Shown: piece by piece, positions 9,649-20,418 of the stretch
Position numbering within the stretch: position 1 is the stretch's first letter
Layout: every line of letters begins with the position of its first letter
Assembly: GCA_965216875.1 (NCBI GenBank)
Contig: OZ244207.1
Coordinates: 7,424,001-7,488,000, forward strand
DNA from: Rubripirellula sp.
GTDB taxonomy: Bacteria; Planctomycetota; Planctomycetia; Pirellulales; Pirellulaceae
DNA length: 64,000 nucleotides
Direction: 5' to 3'
Notes under the pieces: generated by a model
What the model was told of the DNA's origin: nothing
Seen by the model: only the letters and a program-made list of their open reading frames with translations
The model's database searches: none
Translations under genes and position numbers: made by a program

Positions 9649-11052
9649 CTAGGCGATGACTTCTTCGACCACTCGCCCGTGCACATCGGTCAGGCGGAAG
9701 TCGCGGCCCGCGTAACGATAGGTTAGTTGCTTGTGATCGAGCCCCATCATATGCAGCACCGTTGCATGCAGGTCGTGTAGATGCACGCGGCCTTCGACCG
9801 CTTTGTAGCCGAGTTCGTCGGTGGCACCATGCTGGAAACCACCTCGCGCTCCACCACCGGCAAGCCACATGGTGTAACCATTGGGATTGTGGTCGCGACC
9901 ATCGAGGTCTTTCTTGGCGGTGTCTGGTGTTCGTCCGAATTCGCCACCCCAAAGGACAAGTGTGCGGTCGAGTAACCCGCGTCGCCGCAGGTCGGTCAGT
10001 AGTGCCGCGACGGGTTTATCGGTCGCTGCCGCACGGGCGTTGTGGCCTTTTACCAAGCCGCTGTGCTGATCCCAAAACTCATCACAAAGCTCAATGTGAC
10101 GCACGCCAGCTTCGACCATGCGACGAGCGAGCAAACATTGCCGACCGAAATTGTCGGACGGCTTTCCATCGCCGATGCCATAAAGTTCGAGTGTTTCTGC
10201 CGTTTCTTTCGACAGGTCCATGACGTCAGGCAATTCCGACTGCATGCGAAAGCCAAGTTCGTAGGAGTCGATCACGGCGTCGACGTCAGCGACATCATCA
10301 CCACTTGCTTCGGCTGCGTAGTCAGCATTGAGTTGCTGCAAGAGGTCAAGTTGTTTTCGCTGTTGCTTGCGCGTGAGGTTGGGGTTAGCGAGGTTTCCGA
10401 CTTTTGCTTTGCGAACCGGTGTTTTGATGTCACCAATGGCCGTCCCTTGATAGACCGCTGGCAAGAAAGCCGATCCGTAGTTCTTGGCACCGCCGTTGAT
10501 CACAGGCGGACTGATGCTGATGAAACCAGGTAGGTTTTGGTTTTCGGTTCCCAATCCATACAGCAGCCACGATCCCATGGAGGGGCGCGTGAAAGTGAAC
10601 GAACCGGTGTGCAGTTGCAACATCGCTGGTGTGTGATTGCCGATGTCGGTGTGCATTCCCGAGAGAACGCAAAGTTCATCGGCAAGTTCGGCGGTGTGCT
10701 TGAATAGGTCCGATACCCACAAACCGCTTTCACCGCGTTGCTTCCACTTCCAGTGGGAAGGCGTTAGCTTTCGACCCTTCTTCGTTCCTGCCTTGGAACC
10801 ATCTTTGTTGGCCTGTATGTCGAGTTCCGGCTTGCGCTCATACGACTCCATTGCCGACGGGCCGCCGCGCATGTGCAAGAAGATCAAGTGGTCGGCCGAG
10901 GCCGGATGGTGTGGCTGTTTCGGCTGCAACAAACCCTCCGACTGGCCAATGCTACTTTCAGCAGCGGTGGCCGATCGATGCAGATCCATGAGCGCCAGTG
11001 AACCGAAACCGCATGTCGCGGAATGCAGCATTTGTCTTCGAGTGAAAAACAT
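9649..11052 (-). CDS. DUF1501 family protein (Tat-exported, sulfatase-like)
   Basis: TRRQMLH Tat motif, IFLHMRGGPS, FGRQCLLARRMVEAGVR, WDQH, GEFGRTP, GRDH and HLHDLHAT. Confidence 0.93.
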   Translation of the reverse strand: MFFTRRQMLHSATCGFGSLALMDLHRSATAAESSIGQSEGLLQPKQPHHPASADHLIFLHMRGGPSAMESYERKPELDIQANKDGSKAGTKKGRKLTPSHWKWKQRGESGLWVSDLFKHTAELADELCVLSGMHTDIGNHTPAMLQLHTGSFTFTRPSMGSWLLYGLGTENQNLPGFISISPPVINGGAKNYGSAFLPAVYQGTAIGDIKTPVRKAKVGNLANPNLTRKQQRKQLDLLQQLNADYAAEASGDDVADVDAVIDSYELGFRMQSELPDVMDLSKETAETLELYGIGDGKPSDNFGRQCLLARRMVEAGVRHIELCDEFWDQHSGLVKGHNARAAATDKPVAALLTDLRRRGLLDRTLVLWGGEFGRTPDTAKKDLDGRDHNPNGYTMWLAGGGARGGFQHGATDELGYKAVEGRVHLHDLHATVLHMMGLDHKQLTYRYAGRDFRLTDVHGRVVEEVIA

Positions 11053-11099
11053 CGTGGTGGCTTTCGATGTGTGGAGCTTTCGAGGGGAACGCGTGTTGC

Positions 11100-13601
11100 T
11101 TAGTCGATGAAACGGAACCGAGCGCTGGCAATCAGCGTCTGACAGTAGGTTGCCAATGCAAAGTGACTGGTGTCGGCCTTGTCCGTCGTCGATTGGGCGA
11201 GTTGGTCAATGAACGTCATTGCGCGGTCAACTTCTGCGTCGCTCGGAGCTGATCCAAAGCAACGCTGATAGGCCATCGCGGCTCGATCGCGTTGTGACGC
11301 AAGGGTTGGGTCATCGATCAACCCGCGGGCAAATTGATCCGCCACTCGCAGAGCGAACTTTCCGTTCATCAGATAGAGCGATTGTGTCGGGGTCGTGTTA
11401 CTGTCACGCAGACCCTGGACGTTGGATGGTTCTGGGAAATCAAAGAGCTGGAGCTCTTCGGGGATGATGCCGCGGATGATTGGTAGGTAAACACTGCGGT
11501 GGTTAAAAGGCTTGTCGAGCACACTCGTGTTGATGTTACGCCCGACTTCACCTTCGCCAATCTCCATCACCAGCGAACCGTCGAGTGGTTGGAGGTCGAG
11601 CGAGCCGCTCACCGCGAGCATCGAGTCCCGCATCTGCTCGGCATCAAGCCGTCGACGTGGCATCCGCCAACGCAAACGGTTATCAGGATCGGCCTGATAG
11701 GCGTCGTCGTTCATCGCGCTCGACATGCGATAGGTTCGTGAGAGGACCAGTTCGCGGATCATTGATTTGGTCGACCACTGATGTTCCTTCACGAACCGGC
11801 TGGATAGATGGTCAAGCAATTCGGGGTGCGAGGGTGTGTCGCCGGTCGAGCCAAAGTTATCTACAGTCGCGACGATCCCGCTGCCCATGAGGTGCTGCCA
11901 AATGCGATTGACGGCGACTCGGGGCGTCAGCGGATTCGAAGGGTGAGTGAGCCAGTGCGCCAATTGTCGTCGGCCGCTTTCGCTGTTGTCGATCACGCCA
12001 CACTCGGATGCCACGTCGGCAAACGGTTCCATTTGAGTCAGGAATCCGCGCGGTGAGACCTCTCCGGCTTGTCCCTTTTCACCACGGATCAATACCTTGG
12101 CATCGGTCACCTTTTTGGCATCACGAACGCCCAACGCATAGTCAGGCTCAGGCCCGAGCGATTGCTTGGCTTTCTCTAAGTCGGCCAAACGTTTGTCGAG
12201 GACTTTGCATGCGCCTTGGAATTGGCGAACGAGCTTTGCGTCGGCAGGCTTGAGGTCTTCGGCAAGTTCTTTCTCGGGGTCTTTGCGATAGGCAACGGGG
12301 ACTTTCGATTCGAGTGTCTTGATGCGTTTGCGACTGGAATTGACCTGTTTGCTGAGTTGATCGACTTGCTTTTGCGATTTTTCCAGTGCCTTCGCTTCAT
12401 CGCTCGACAACTCTTGTCCGAGTGTCAAATAGGCAGCCGAGCGTTGCGCAGCCGACTTCGGCCGGTTGATGCTGCCGCCGTAGCGTGTGTCCGTGCTCAG
12501 AAAGAATCCGGCGAGCGAATAGTAGTCTTTGGTCGGAATCGGATCGAACTTGTGGTCATGACAGCGAGCACACGAAACGGTCAAACCTAAAACCGATTTG
12601 CTGACGACATCAATCTGATCGTCGATCACGTCATACACCAAGTTGCCGCCGTTGAGCGACTTGGAACCGATCGCGAGCAATCCGGTTGCGACGGTCAATC
12701 GATCACGTTGCTGGTCGCTGTCCGCCTCAAGCAAATCGCCAGCAATCTGCTCGGTGACAAATCGGTCGAAAGGAACATCGCGGTTGAAGGCGTCGATGAC
12801 GTAGTCGCGATAACGCCAGGCGTACAACATCAACACATCACGGCTGCTTCCTGCCGATTCGCCGTAGCGGGCAACATCGAGCCAATGACGTCCCCAACGC
12901 TCACCGAACTGTGGTGATTGCAGCAGACGATCAACAATCGTTTGCAGCTTCTCGTCGGTAGGATTCGTACGGTACTCGTCAACTTGTTCCGCCGTCGGTG
13001 GCAAGCCAACGAGGTCATAGTAGACCCGTCGAATCAATGTTTTGGCATCGGCGTCGGCGTTCGGAGCCAACTGATGCTCGGCAAGTTTCGAAAAGACAAA
13101 CCGATCGACATCGCTTTTTGACCACGAGTCGTTGTTCGATTGGGGAACTTCTGGTTCGGCAATCGGTTTGAACGACCAAAGGTCAACTGGCGTTTCCGCT
13201 TCGTCCTCGGTCGGCATCGACGTCTTTTTCTTGCGTGGGTCAGGTGCACCCAAGGTAATCCAGCGACGAAACGCTGCGATCACATCATCCGGCATCTTCT
13301 CGTCCGGCGGCATTTCCAAGTCGCGGTATTCGATTGCCCGCATGAGCAGGCTGTCGCGTGGCTTGCCGGGCACAAGGGATGGCCCCGTTTCGCCGCCGGC
13401 CAGAACGGCGGCTCGCGAATCGAGCAACAGTTCGCCACCGATGTCATCGGAATCGACTGCGTGACATTCGTAGCAGTATCGAATCAGTGCGGGGCGAATT
13501 TTCTTTTCAAAGAGATCGAGGCCGGCTCGGTTTTTGGGAGCTTGAGCCAGCGAGGGAGTCGCCAAGAGAAACAGGCAAATCAGGGTTCCAAAACGCTGCA
13601 T
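11100..13601 (-). CDS. Planctomycete cytochrome c / DUF1549 / DUF1553 (PSD1) protein
   Basis: CYECH and CARCHDHKFDP heme motifs, GERWGRHWLDVARY, NPLTPRVAVNRIWQHLMG. The signal peptide begins at ATG 13601. Confidence 0.93.
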   Translation of the reverse strand: MQRFGTLICLFLLATPSLAQAPKNRAGLDLFEKKIRPALIRYCYECHAVDSDDIGGELLLDSRAAVLAGGETGPSLVPGKPRDSLLMRAIEYRDLEMPPDEKMPDDVIAAFRRWITLGAPDPRKKKTSMPTEDEAETPVDLWSFKPIAEPEVPQSNNDSWSKSDVDRFVFSKLAEHQLAPNADADAKTLIRRVYYDLVGLPPTAEQVDEYRTNPTDEKLQTIVDRLLQSPQFGERWGRHWLDVARYGESAGSSRDVLMLYAWRYRDYVIDAFNRDVPFDRFVTEQIAGDLLEADSDQQRDRLTVATGLLAIGSKSLNGGNLVYDVIDDQIDVVSKSVLGLTVSCARCHDHKFDPIPTKDYYSLAGFFLSTDTRYGGSINRPKSAAQRSAAYLTLGQELSSDEAKALEKSQKQVDQLSKQVNSSRKRIKTLESKVPVAYRKDPEKELAEDLKPADAKLVRQFQGACKVLDKRLADLEKAKQSLGPEPDYALGVRDAKKVTDAKVLIRGEKGQAGEVSPRGFLTQMEPFADVASECGVIDNSESGRRQLAHWLTHPSNPLTPRVAVNRIWQHLMGSGIVATVDNFGSTGDTPSHPELLDHLSSRFVKEHQWSTKSMIRELVLSRTYRMSSAMNDDAYQADPDNRLRWRMPRRRLDAEQMRDSMLAVSGSLDLQPLDGSLVMEIGEGEVGRNINTSVLDKPFNHRSVYLPIIRGIIPEELQLFDFPEPSNVQGLRDSNTTPTQSLYLMNGKFALRVADQFARGLIDDPTLASQRDRAAMAYQRCFGSAPSDAEVDRAMTFIDQLAQSTTDKADTSHFALATYCQTLIASARFRFID

Positions 13602-13763
13602 GATGTGGTGGCTGCGAGCGGGAGGGAGGGCCACGAAATGAATCGCGACGGAAGGTGGGAGGGGACCGCGGACGTTGAAGACCAAAATCACCGCCACCAT
13701 GATACTCCGAATCGCAGAACCACGGCAATTCAGAGAATTCGAATGTCGCCTTTCGCTTTGTTC

Positions 13764-13933
13764 GTAGTCCCGCCTTTAGGCGGAATGCGAGAAGATTCCG
13801 GCTAAAGCTCGGTACTACGAGCAAAGTGACAAGGCTCGGTACTACGAGCAAAGTGACAAAGCTCGGTACATCAAATCTGAAGGCCCGACGCTAGCGCGTT
13901 CGGCGCACACTCGCCGCTCTGGCGAGCGTGGCA
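13764..13933. repeat. REP-like cluster with a 27-bp tandem repeat
   Basis: GTAGTCCCGCCTTTAGGCGG with its inverted partner CCGGCTAAAGCTCGGTACTAC. The unit GCTCGGTACTACGAGCAAAGTGACAA(G/A) recurs at 13807, 13834 and 13861 (partial). AGGCCCGACGCTAGCGCGTTCGGC is the reverse complement of the 9306 unit. Confidence 0.8.
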
Positions 13934-13988
13934 ATGGAAAACGATTGCCGGATCTGCGTCGCTGTCGCTCTTTGATCCGGCCTACTGC

Positions 13989-15593
13989 TCAGCTGTCGAT
14001 TTCGACTCGCTCGCCTTGATCGTCGCGGCAATCCATTTCGAGGTGCTCGGGGAACAGCCCTTCGCTGCCGAGGATTTGGACGGTCATGCCGCCGGCATCT
14101 TCCATTTCCATGACTTCGCGACGTTTCTTGTTGTTCAAGTGAGCGGCGACGGCATCGTTGACGCGAACAGTTACCCGTTTGATGTGCTCGTTCTTGACGG
14201 CAAGCGCGAGCATGCGCACGACCTCGATCGACATGCTCTCGGCTGTCTTGACCAGGCCACGGCCGTCGCAACAGGGGCAATCTCGATAGATGCTGCGTTT
14301 CAGGCTCGGGCGAATCCGTTGACGAGTCATTTCGATCAACCCAAACGGGCTGGTGCGCAAAATCTTGGTGCGGGCGCGATCGTTGGCCATTGCATCGCGC
14401 AGAGCTCGTTCGACTTTGCGGCGATGGCTCTCTTTTCGCATGTCGATAAAGTCGTTGACGATCACACCACCGAGGTCACGCAGGCGTAGTTGCCGCGCGA
14501 TTTCTTTGGCGGCAGCCAGATTCAAACGAAACGCGTTTTCCTCGGCAGAGTCATTGCCACGGAAGTTTCCGCTGTTGACGTCGATCGCAACCAAGGCCTC
14601 GGTCGGGTCGATCACAATCGAACCGCCATCTTTCAAGTGAACTTGGCGTTGGTTGATCTTGATGATCTCATCTTCGAGCTTGTACTTGTGGAACAGCGGT
14701 TCGCGTCCGTCATACAGTTTCAAGCGATCGACGACTCGTGGCATCACCATCTTGAGGAAGTCGCGCGCTTTATCGTACGACTCTTGTTCGTCGATCAAGA
14801 TGTGATCGATGTCGTCACTGAAGATATCGCGAATCGTGCGAATGATCAGATCACTTTCTTCGTAGATCACGCCGGGTTGACTCGAACTCTTGACGCGGCG
14901 CACGATTGCTTTCCAAAGCCGCAACAAGTATTCCATGTCGCGTTGCAGTGCGGCTTCTTTGCGACCCGCACCCGCTGTTCGAACGATAAAGCCGAGGCCC
15001 TTTGGCGGGTTGAGCGAAAGCAGGCACCGCTTGAGTCGCTTGCGATCGTCTTCGTCTTCGATTTTTCGGCTCACGCCCACACGCGCAAGGGCAGGCATGA
15101 GGACCAGGTAGCGACCGGGGATCGAGATGTACGTGCTGAGGGTTGGCCCTTTGGTTCCAATCCCTTCTTTGATCACTTGAACGAGGACTTCGTCGCCACG
15201 TTTGAAGATTTCTTGGATGGGCGGTTTGACGCGAGGACGGCCACCTTTGAAGGCTCGCTTTCCACCACGTCCCGATTCACGTGCGCGCCGAGCGGCTGCT
15301 TCGGCCAGCTCATCGGACTCGCGCATGATCTCTTCGGGATCGTAGCCGCCTTGGCGAAAGTACTGGGGTTCAACGTCGCTGATATGAAGGAAACCGTTGC
15401 GTCCGACGCCAAAATCGACAAACGCTGCTTGAATACTTGGTTCGAGGTTAACAACCTTTCCGCGATAAATGTTTCCTGCGAACGCCTCGACACTTTTGCG
15501 TTCGATGTACAGCTCTTCAAGCTGCCGATCTTCCAATACGGCGATGCGGCTCTCTTCGGGCTGCAGCACGTTGATCAACATTTCTTTCTTCAT
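13989..15593 (-). CDS. rne: Ribonuclease E/G family
   Basis: GNIYRGKV, AAFVDFG..RNGFLH, AIDVNSG, IARQLRLRDLGGVIVNDFIDM, FGLIEMTRQR and the CPCCDGRG Zn-link. It has no long C-terminal scaffold (RNase G-like length). Confidence 0.93.
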   Translation of the reverse strand: MKKEMLINVLQPEESRIAVLEDRQLEELYIERKSVEAFAGNIYRGKVVNLEPSIQAAFVDFGVGRNGFLHISDVEPQYFRQGGYDPEEIMRESDELAEAAARRARESGRGGKRAFKGGRPRVKPPIQEIFKRGDEVLVQVIKEGIGTKGPTLSTYISIPGRYLVLMPALARVGVSRKIEDEDDRKRLKRCLLSLNPPKGLGFIVRTAGAGRKEAALQRDMEYLLRLWKAIVRRVKSSSQPGVIYEESDLIIRTIRDIFSDDIDHILIDEQESYDKARDFLKMVMPRVVDRLKLYDGREPLFHKYKLEDEIIKINQRQVHLKDGGSIVIDPTEALVAIDVNSGNFRGNDSAEENAFRLNLAAAKEIARQLRLRDLGGVIVNDFIDMRKESHRRKVERALRDAMANDRARTKILRTSPFGLIEMTRQRIRPSLKRSIYRDCPCCDGRGLVKTAESMSIEVVRMLALAVKNEHIKRVTVRVNDAVAAHLNNKKRREVMEMEDAGGMTVQILGSEGLFPEHLEMDCRDDQGERVEIDS

Positions 15594-15692
15594 GAAAATT
15601 CACCTCTTCCGGGTGTTGGGCCAGCTTAATACGCCCCGATCGAGGCGGTATGGACGCTGGCGTGTCTAATGTTCGGTGTGGCTGAGCGATCA

Positions 15693-16478
15693 TCAGCGAG
15701 CTCCTTCGTTTTCGGAGTTGGCCGTGGACTCAGCGGCAATGGCAAAGCAACTTGAATCGTCGGTTTCGAATTCGCGTTGCAAAATGACTTTTGTGCGAGT
15801 GATGGCGGCGCCTTGTTCGATCCAGTCGCTGAATCCGAGGACGTCCAAGACATCCCCCGGTCGCAGCGAAGCGCCTTCGGTGTTGGCAAGCGTTAGCAGA
15901 AGGTTGTCGCCATCCATTTCGAGTCGCGGGATTTGCTCGGCGACATTGGCAGTGATCGTCTTGCCTTTTCGTTCGACCTCGACGGCCTCTTTGGCGAGCA
16001 GCGTTTCGACTGCGGTTTGAACGAGTTGGTGATCCGATTCGGGGATCGAGATTCGATAGTCACTCTTGGCAAGCTGCGCTTTGCCAAACCGCTCAGGCAA
16101 TTGATGGACGCTCTTGATTGCCAAACCAGGCTGGTCGTCTTGTGCCAGTCGTTCAAAAAGCTCTTGAGCCGAGAGTTCTTCGGCCAGTTCGAGTTCGACC
16201 ACTTCGTCAAAGCTCTCGACGCCCAATGCCAACGCCGAGGGAAAGGCGATGCGAGGCTTCGGGTGAAACCCTTCGGTCATCGACAATTTCAAGGCCGCAC
16301 GACGCACCAAGCGTTCCCACAGTCGCGCCAAATCACGATGGCTGGTCCACTTCAACAAGTCGGTCTTCGCGAATCGAACCCGATAGCGGATGCGAATCGG
16401 TGCCGGTGCCGGCTCTGCTGCGGTTTGTTCCGCGGCAGCCTGTTCGGGCTCAGTTGACGAAGTATCGGGGACGGACAT
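15693..16478 (-). CDS. TIGR03936/DUF2344 radical-SAM-associated protein
   Basis: RVRFAK...TSHRDLARLWERLVRRAALKLSMTEGFHPKPRIAFPSALALGVES, located upstream of rne as is typical for this family. Confidence 0.88.
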   Translation of the reverse strand: MSVPDTSSTEPEQAAAEQTAAEPAPAPIRIRYRVRFAKTDLLKWTSHRDLARLWERLVRRAALKLSMTEGFHPKPRIAFPSALALGVESFDEVVELELAEELSAQELFERLAQDDQPGLAIKSVHQLPERFGKAQLAKSDYRISIPESDHQLVQTAVETLLAKEAVEVERKGKTITANVAEQIPRLEMDGDNLLLTLANTEGASLRPGDVLDVLGFSDWIEQGAAITRTKVILQREFETDDSSCFAIAAESTANSENEGAR

Positions 16479-16533
16479 GAAATGAATTGCGCGGTGGGTT
16501 TAAGAAGAGAGACAGTGGTTAAAACGCTTGCTC

Positions 16534-18279
16534 CTAATTCACGATTAGTTCTGGGGCGAGGTCGCCAAGGCGGTCAAGCAGATACAGGTCGACATCGCGA
16601 GCCGCTTCGAGCTTCATGACGCGTTCGGCGATCTGCTGACATTGCTCGATCGACACACTGCGAATCGCTTTCTTGACGCGGGGCAGCGCCGAGGGGGGAA
16701 CGCTCAAGTTGCGAACGCCAAGCCCCAGCAGCAGCAGTGCGCGACCGGGGTTGCTGCTCATTTCGCCACAAACGGCGATCGGTGTGTCATGTTTGTCGGC
16801 GACTTTGACACTCTGGCGAATCAATCTCAGGACTGCTGGGTCACTCGATTGATAAAGGTCGGCGACGTATTCGTTGCTGCGGTCGACGGCCAAGGTGTAC
16901 TGAGCCAAATCGTTTGTGCCGATGCTCAAGAAGTCGACTTCGCGAACAAAGTGTTCCAGCATCACGACGGCGGCGGGGACTTCGACCATCATGCCGACCG
17001 GAATGTCGCTGCGATGGTCGATCCCAGCTTCGGCCAGGTCTTCGGCAACCACTTTGAGAAGCATTCGCGCCTGACGCAGTTCGGCAATCGTCGTGATCAG
17101 GGGGAACATGATACGAACATCGCCAAAGACGGCCGCTCGAAGGACAGCGCGCAGTTGCGGTCGGAACAGGTCAAGGTTCCGAAGTGAAAGACGGATGCTG
17201 CGCAGTCCCAAGAAAGGATTGTGTTCGTTTTCGGCCAGCGGCCTGTGTCCCATTTTGTCGGCACCCAGATCAAGGGTGCGAATCACGACTGGGCGGCCGT
17301 TCATTTCCTGGATGACTTGGCTGTAGGCTTGGTAGTGATCTTCTTCACTCGGTTCGACACTGCTTGCCAAGTAAAGAAACTCGGTCCGATACAAACCAAT
17401 CCCATCGGCACCGCGTTGCAGGCAGGAAGCGGTTTCGTGTGGGAATTCGATGTTCGCACTCAAGCGGATTCGAACGCCGTCAGCGGTTTCGGCAGGAAGG
17501 TCGCGAAGTTCGGCAAGGCGTGCGGTGAGTGATCGGCGTTTTTCAAGACGCTGTTCGTAGCTCGCCACGGTTTCTTCATCGGGGTCGATGATGACCTTGC
17601 CGCGGTCACCATCAACAATCACCCGAGCCGATTCGGGTACCGAATCGAGGAAAGCGCCAATCCCAACCACGGCGGGCAGTTCAAGGCCTTTGGCAACGAT
17701 TGCTGTGTGCCCGCCAGGACCGCCCGTTTCGGTGCAAAAACCTCGCACGTACTTCCGATCAAGGTTCGCCGTTTCGCTTGGCGTCAATTCATGCGAAAGG
17801 ACGATGACCGGTTCGTGCAAATCAGAAAGCGGTTGACGCGTGACGGCGCCGAGCTGAAGCAGCAATTGCTTTTCGATGTCCAGGATGTCCTGGGCGCGAT
17901 CGGCAAACAGCGGGTTGTCGAGCCGTTTGAAGGAAGCGGCAAAGTGGTGCAACACTCGACTGACCGCATAGGCGGCCGAGTGATGTTGTTCTTTGATTCG
18001 CCGACCAAGTTCTGCGTGCAGATAGGGGTCGTGCAGCATCTGCATTTGGGCGGCAAAGATGTCACCGGTGTGTTCGCCAGCAACGGCCGAGGTCTCAAGG
18101 CGATGCTGTTCGAGCTTTTCGGAGACGCCATCGACGGCGGTGCGAAGGCGCGCGTATTCCTTCTCCGCCTCTTCGGCGGCGACGATGCAGCGGGGAATAC
18201 GGTAACCATCAGCGTCCAGCACTAGGGCTGGGCCAATCGCGACTCCCGGCGAAACAGGGATACCTTGCAGTTCGACCAT
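16534..18279 (-). CDS. ptsI: PEP-protein phosphotransferase (PTS enzyme I)
   Basis: GHTAIVAK phospho-His, GIGLYRTEFLY, RTLDLGADK, NPFLGLRSIR, SIGTNDLAQY and VCGEM; 581 aa with no N-terminal GAF domain. Confidence 0.95.
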   Translation of the reverse strand: MVELQGIPVSPGVAIGPALVLDADGYRIPRCIVAAEEAEKEYARLRTAVDGVSEKLEQHRLETSAVAGEHTGDIFAAQMQMLHDPYLHAELGRRIKEQHHSAAYAVSRVLHHFAASFKRLDNPLFADRAQDILDIEKQLLLQLGAVTRQPLSDLHEPVIVLSHELTPSETANLDRKYVRGFCTETGGPGGHTAIVAKGLELPAVVGIGAFLDSVPESARVIVDGDRGKVIIDPDEETVASYEQRLEKRRSLTARLAELRDLPAETADGVRIRLSANIEFPHETASCLQRGADGIGLYRTEFLYLASSVEPSEEDHYQAYSQVIQEMNGRPVVIRTLDLGADKMGHRPLAENEHNPFLGLRSIRLSLRNLDLFRPQLRAVLRAAVFGDVRIMFPLITTIAELRQARMLLKVVAEDLAEAGIDHRSDIPVGMMVEVPAAVVMLEHFVREVDFLSIGTNDLAQYTLAVDRSNEYVADLYQSSDPAVLRLIRQSVKVADKHDTPIAVCGEMSSNPGRALLLLGLGVRNLSVPPSALPRVKKAIRSVSIEQCQQIAERVMKLEAARDVDLYLLDRLGDLAPELIVN

Positions 18280-18538
18280 CGCGGGAAGGATCGGTCATCG
18301 GTGTCACGGATTGGCTTCCGGCCAGTTGCCGGTGTCGTGCCTGCCCACTGGCGCAAGGCCATGGTCTTGGCAGGAGGTTCAGCCAATCCTTGTGACGATT
18401 TCAAACGATCCATCACTGTGTTCGTGTGTAGTTTGTCTGAGACTGTCTGCGGGAAACGCTGTGTTGGCAGTGGGTGCCGACAGCATTTCCCGATCGTTGT
18501 GCAGCGAGGCGAGACGCTCGTGACGCATTGGTTTTGCG

Positions 18539-18850
18539 TTACTCGGCGTCGGTTGCTCCCTGCATTTCTTCCATCTCATCAAACCCCGCTTCGAACAATT
18601 CGCCGATCAATCGCAACGCTTCCGCGGCATCCGTTCCTGAGGCTGACAGGGTCAGTGTGGTGCCCTTCGCGGCTGCGAGGGTCAACAGGTTCAGGATGCT
18701 TTTGCAATCGACCACCTCACCATTCTTGATCCCGATCGAAATCGTCGACTCGAATTGATTGGCCAAACGGACAAGCAAATCAGCCGGACGCGCATGCAAC
18801 CCTTGCGGGTTGATGACGGTGACGGTTCGGGAAAGCGGGGAGGAGCTCAT
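18539..18850 (-). CDS. ptsH: HPr family phosphocarrier protein
   Basis: GLHARPA (His15) and VDCKSILNL (Ser46). Its start overlaps the stop of the upstream IIA gene. Confidence 0.93.
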   Translation of the reverse strand: MSSSPLSRTVTVINPQGLHARPADLLVRLANQFESTISIGIKNGEVVDCKSILNLLTLAAAKGTTLTLSASGTDAAEALRLIGELFEAGFDEMEEMQGATDAE

Positions 18851-19329
18851 TAGCCAGAAACAAATTGGTTATCGTCTGCTTCTTGCAACAATTGATTGAT
18901 GTCTTCGGGAGTTTTGCTTTGCTTGAGGAAGCGGCAAAACGTGTCGTCGCGAAGTTGTCGCGAGATGTTCTCGAGTGCTCGCAAGTGATCGCCGGGGCGT
19001 TCTGGCGGGCTGATCAACAAGAAGAACAGTTGAACGCGTTCGCCGTCGAGCGAATCAAAGTCGACTCCCTCGGTGCTGACACCGACGGTTCCGACGAGTT
19101 TTTGAACGCTGGGATGTTTGGTGTGAGGAACGGCAACGCCTCGGCCAATGCCGGTGCTGCCCAGTTCTTCGCGTTTCATGATCGCGGCGATGATGTCTTC
19201 GCGTTGATCGGCTTCGATTTGGCCAGAATCGAGAAGAGATTGAACCAACTCTTGGATCACCTCTTCCTTTGTGCCGGCTTGCAAATCGGCGCGAATAGCG
19301 TCAGTACTGATAAAGTCTGCGAACTTCAT
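18850..19329 (-). CDS. ptsN: PTS EIIA, Ntr/fructose-mannitol type
   Basis: [23 protein letters not shown] and HLRAL motifs. ATG at 19329 (MKFADF). Confidence 0.88.
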   Translation of the reverse strand: MKFADFISTDAIRADLQAGTKEEVIQELVQSLLDSGQIEADQREDIIAAIMKREELGSTGIGRGVAVPHTKHPSVQKLVGTVGVSTEGVDFDSLDGERVQLFFLLISPPERPGDHLRALENISRQLRDDTFCRFLKQSKTPEDINQLLQEADDNQFVSG

Positions 19330-19578
19330 TTCGGTGCGATTCCTTGTGATGAAATCAAGGTGTAATTCACCCGCCCAACTCGGCAAGAGGGAATCGGAGA
19401 TCCGATGTCTGAGTCAGAGGAGGCTGGCACAAACGAGTGCAACCAGCTCCATCGTTTCACCGCGATCGGTGCCGAAAAGCGTCGACCGAGGTGTCGGCAC
19501 AGAATCGAAAAGGTTCCTCCAACGAGATTGGAGCGGTGGTCACTGAGAGGATCGAAGGTGGGTGACGGGCACTTGCCC

Positions 19579-19923
19579 TTAGTCTTCGTCCGCAGCGACC
19601 TGCGTATCAATGTGTTTGTGTCCGGTGGCGCGGTGGCCAGTTTTCTTTTCCTTGAGGCGACGCAATTGCTGTTCGACCTTCGGGATCGCCGTGTCGAGCG
19701 CGGAGATCACGGTGGTGGATTCAGCGGTTGCGACGCAATCTTCTGCCTCTTCGGCCGAGACAACAATTTCGACCGTTGGCTTGTCCAAATGTTCCAGGTT
19801 GACGGTAACCTCAATGGCGGTGATGCGATCGTAAAGTCGGCGAAGCTTCTCCGATTTTTCGACAATAAGTTGCTGATCGCCCGGCTGCAGATTGCCGTGA
19901 CGCGCCGAGACGCTGACCTGCAT
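19579..19923 (-). CDS. hpf: Ribosome hibernation factor HPF/RaiA (short form)
   Basis: MQVSVSARH...EK.EKL.R....ALD.A..KVEQQLRRLKEK, with GGAG upstream of ATG 19923. It heads the PTS gene cluster. Confidence 0.85.
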   Translation of the reverse strand: MQVSVSARHGNLQPGDQQLIVEKSEKLRRLYDRITAIEVTVNLEHLDKPTVEIVVSAEEAEDCVATAESTTVISALDTAIPKVEQQLRRLKEKKTGHRATGHKHIDTQVAADED

Positions 19924-20311
19924 GCTGTTATTCTCCATCCGTTGTTTTGGTCATGTACGACCCGAAACCAAACATCCAGCATAGGCGACAAGCCGCCCCG
20001 CGAATAGCGATGCTCTCCAGATCTTCAAATTGCTCGATTTACGCTCGATAGAGCGTCAAACCTGAGCAACCAGGGGAGCGGAAAGCCCCATTAATGGCTC
20101 CTGTGGAGCCCTGAGGCCGCTACCGGAGGTCTGTTTCGAGGTCACGAGTGGCATTGTGCCAAAATCGAGCCAAAAGCAGTAGCTCAAACCTCTTTTTTTC
20201 GCGGGAAGCCGGTCTCGGTCGGGAATTCTCCGCCACCCCTCGTTTCTCGCCCCTCGAATCAGGTCGCCTCGCTACCGGGCAGCAACTCAGGTTGACGCAA
20301 GCCCCAACAAA

Positions 20312-20418
20312 CACCCTCCCGCTTGCGGGAGGGTCGGACGCAAAGTCCGGGGAGGGAATAACCGTTGCAAAAGACCCTCTCCGGGCCTTTGAGCCCGACT
20401 CTCCCAAGGGAGAGTGTT
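20312..20418. repeat. Palindromic intergenic repeat (CCCTCCC...GGGAGGG type)
   Basis: ACCCTCCCGCTTGCGGGAGGGT hairpin, followed by CGGACGCAAAGTCCGGGGAGGG and a degenerate inverted partner CCCTCTCCGGG...ACTCTCCCAAGGGAGAGT. Confidence 0.65.

Noticed and set aside
13807..13869. Possible CRISPR array (27-bp repeats)
   Set aside because: The units are head-to-tail with no unique spacers, derive from a REP end, and no cas genes are present.
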